The notes under the pieces were generated by a model. That model was not told the DNA's origin and ran no database searches. It was given only the letters and a program-made list of their open reading frames with translations. This document shows, piece by piece, positions 62,425 through 64,000 of a DNA stretch of 64,000 nucleotides. Source of the DNA: Myxococcota bacterium (lineage in GTDB: Bacteria; Myxococcota_A; SURF-8); contig CAXXQS010000002.1 of assembly GCA_963674735.2 (NCBI GenBank), forward strand, positions 704,001 through 768,000, read 5' to 3'. The stretch's first letter is position 1, and each line of letters opens with the position of its first letter. The translations under genes were made by a program, and so were the position numbers.

Positions 62425-64000
62425 TCAAGGATTGAGGTCGTCGACATCCCAGAAATGGATGCCGCTTTCCCAGTTCCCGGTTATCAAGGTTGCACTATCG
62501 GGAGTAAAGACGACCGCGTTGATACCGCTGCCGTTTCGCACCAACTCACGGGCCAGAATACCGTCTGATGTACGCCAGATTAGGACCTCGCCTTTGGTTG
62601 CATCACCCCCGGCACCGGCCAGAAGTTGACCATTTTGTGAAAGGGCCAGACTTTCAACTTCCATGGTGGAGTCCGTGAGCGTCTGCAAGAGCAACCCACT
62701 CGACACCTGCCAGACCTTGACGCTCTGATCGTCGGACGCGCTGAACAGAAGTTCCGAATCCGGTGTAAAAACGAGGCTATTGACCTGAGCCGTGTGGCTG
62801 TCGAAGGTATCGACCTGTGCGAAAGTCGCGCTATCGTAAAGAGCGATCAAGCCATCCGCCGCGAGGGTCTGCCCGCCAACCACCAACCGAGCGCCGTCGG
62901 GGGAATAGGTCAGGGCACGAATTTCACCCGAAACAACAACCTCATCCGCCAACAGAGCGCCATCGGACATATCCCAGAAGCGAACAATCCCCTCTCCACC
63001 GCCGGCGGCCAGCCGTGTGCCATCAGGGGAAAAGGCCGCCGCATACACATCATCTTCCAAACCATCCAGATCACGCCAGAAAGCGCCATCGCCAAGCCGC
63101 CACAGCTTGATCTCTCCATCCTTGCCACCTGCCACCAACCAATGGTCATCGGGGGAAATTCCCAGAGTATAAACAGCCCCCGCATCCATCGGTAAGTGGC
63201 CGATTTCCTTTCGGTCCTGAACACGCCAAAGCTTGACGGCCCCATCGGAGGACGCGCTGGCGAGCACAAATCCCCCAGCGTCAAGCGCCAGACTATTCAC
63301 CCGTCCGGCATGACCGGTGACGGTGCGCTCGATCTCGCCATCGGCCAAACGATACAAATCGATCCGATTGTCGGCGCGCGCGCCCGCCAGAATCGAGCCG
63401 TTCGGGTCGAACGCCACGGCCCAGGCTCGTTGCGGACTGGTGAAAAGGCTGAGATCCAAACCACCATCGGCCACTCGCCAAACTTTAATAACGTAGTCAT
63501 ATCCGGCTGTTGCAATGCGTGTCCCATCGGGTGAAAAAGTCAGATCCTTCAACTCGTCTACATGGGCGTCGATAACCCGCAAACTGGAGCCGTCGGCGAC
63601 ATTCCACAATTTCAGGGTGTTGACACAGTAATACCCGCAAACGGAAGCCGAAGCGAGGATCGATCCATCGGGAGAAACGGCCACCGACGTCACCCGATCG
63701 GGATGCGAAGGAATGCTGCGCAACACCTGTGCATCCGCCACCTGCCAGATCACGACCACTCCACCAAGGTCCGGGTCTTTTCCGGCCGAGGCGATCCAGG
63801 TACCGTCCGGGCTGAAAGCCAGGTCATTCACCGCGCCTTTAAGGCCGTCGAACGTGCGTTCCACGGTCCCATCCGCCAGATCCCACAACCACAATTCTCC
63901 CTTGTTGATTTCATCGACGGCATCATAGTAGTAGCTACCAGTGGCTAAATAGGCACCATCCGGCGAAAAGGCCACCGCATTGACTTCCTCGCTGTGCCCC
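62425..64000 (-). CDS. WD40-repeat protein; 5' end outside the window
   Basis: At least 12 repeats of GH..V..VAFSPDG..LAS.S.D..VKLW; frame open to the window edge. Confidence 0.92.
   Translation of the reverse strand, partial: GHSEEVNAVAFSPDGAYLATGSYYYDAVDEINKGELWLWDLADGTVERTFDGLKGAVNDLAFSPDGTWIASAGKDPDLGGVVVIWQVADAQVLRSIPSHPDRVTSVAVSPDGSILASASVCGYYCVNTLKLWNVADGSSLRVIDAHVDELKDLTFSPDGTRIATAGYDYVIKVWRVADGGLDLSLFTSPQRAWAVAFDPNGSILAGARADNRIDLYRLADGEIERTVTGHAGRVNSLALDAGGFVLASASSDGAVKLWRVQDRKEIGHLPMDAGAVYTLGISPDDHWLVAGGKDGEIKLWRLGDGAFWRDLDGLEDDVYAAAFSPDGTRLAAGGGEGIVRFWDMSDGALLADEVVVSGEIRALTYSPDGARLVVGGQTLAADGLIALYDSATFAQVDTFDSHTAQVNSLVFTPDSELLFSASDDQSVKVWQVSSGLLLQTLTDSTMEVESLALSQNGQLLAGAGGDATKGEVLIWRTSDGILARELVRNGSGINAVVFTPDSATLITGNWESGIHFWDVDDLNP

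Noticed and set aside
61265-62629. Long antisense ORFs (for example 61265-62629, 9453-10493, 13419-14366, 636-1691)
   Set aside because: These are typical high-GC antisense shadows of well-supported genes, with no motifs of their own
62425-64000. Repetitive sequence as a possible CRISPR or DNA repeat array
   Set aside because: The repeats are degenerate protein-level WD40 units; no identical direct repeats with spacers were seen anywhere in the window

Overview
GC-rich bacterial chromosomal window from a deltaproteobacteria-like (Myxococcota/Desulfobacterota-type) organism. The assignment is inferred from gene content and general rRNA features and needs a 16S search to confirm. The window holds a TCA block (icd divergent from two tandem mdh paralogues, sucA-sucB-lpdA), xth, one complete minus-strand rRNA operon (16S-tRNA-Ile-tRNA-Ala-23S-5S) with tandem promoters, and many Cys-rich/DGD-repeat, TPR, Asp-box and WD40 surface proteins. 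It also carries larC, DtxR- and Fur-family regulators, an FHA-sigma54 activator and a fragment of the GAK system. I saw no CRISPR array, IS element, integrase or prophage. The two strongest leads are: (1) a translationally coupled pair of very divergent nitrogenase component-1-like genes (52998-56380) that lack the FeMo-co ligands and have no adjacent NifH; (2) a two-gene operon pairing a LynF/TruF/PagF-like peptide prenyltransferase carrying an N-terminal Cys cluster with a cobalamin-dependent radical SAM enzyme (27603-30048), next to an APH-like kinase with an altered metal motif. A tandem MDH paralogue lacking its catalytic Asp is also notable. All family assignments come from motif recognition by eye; no searches were run.
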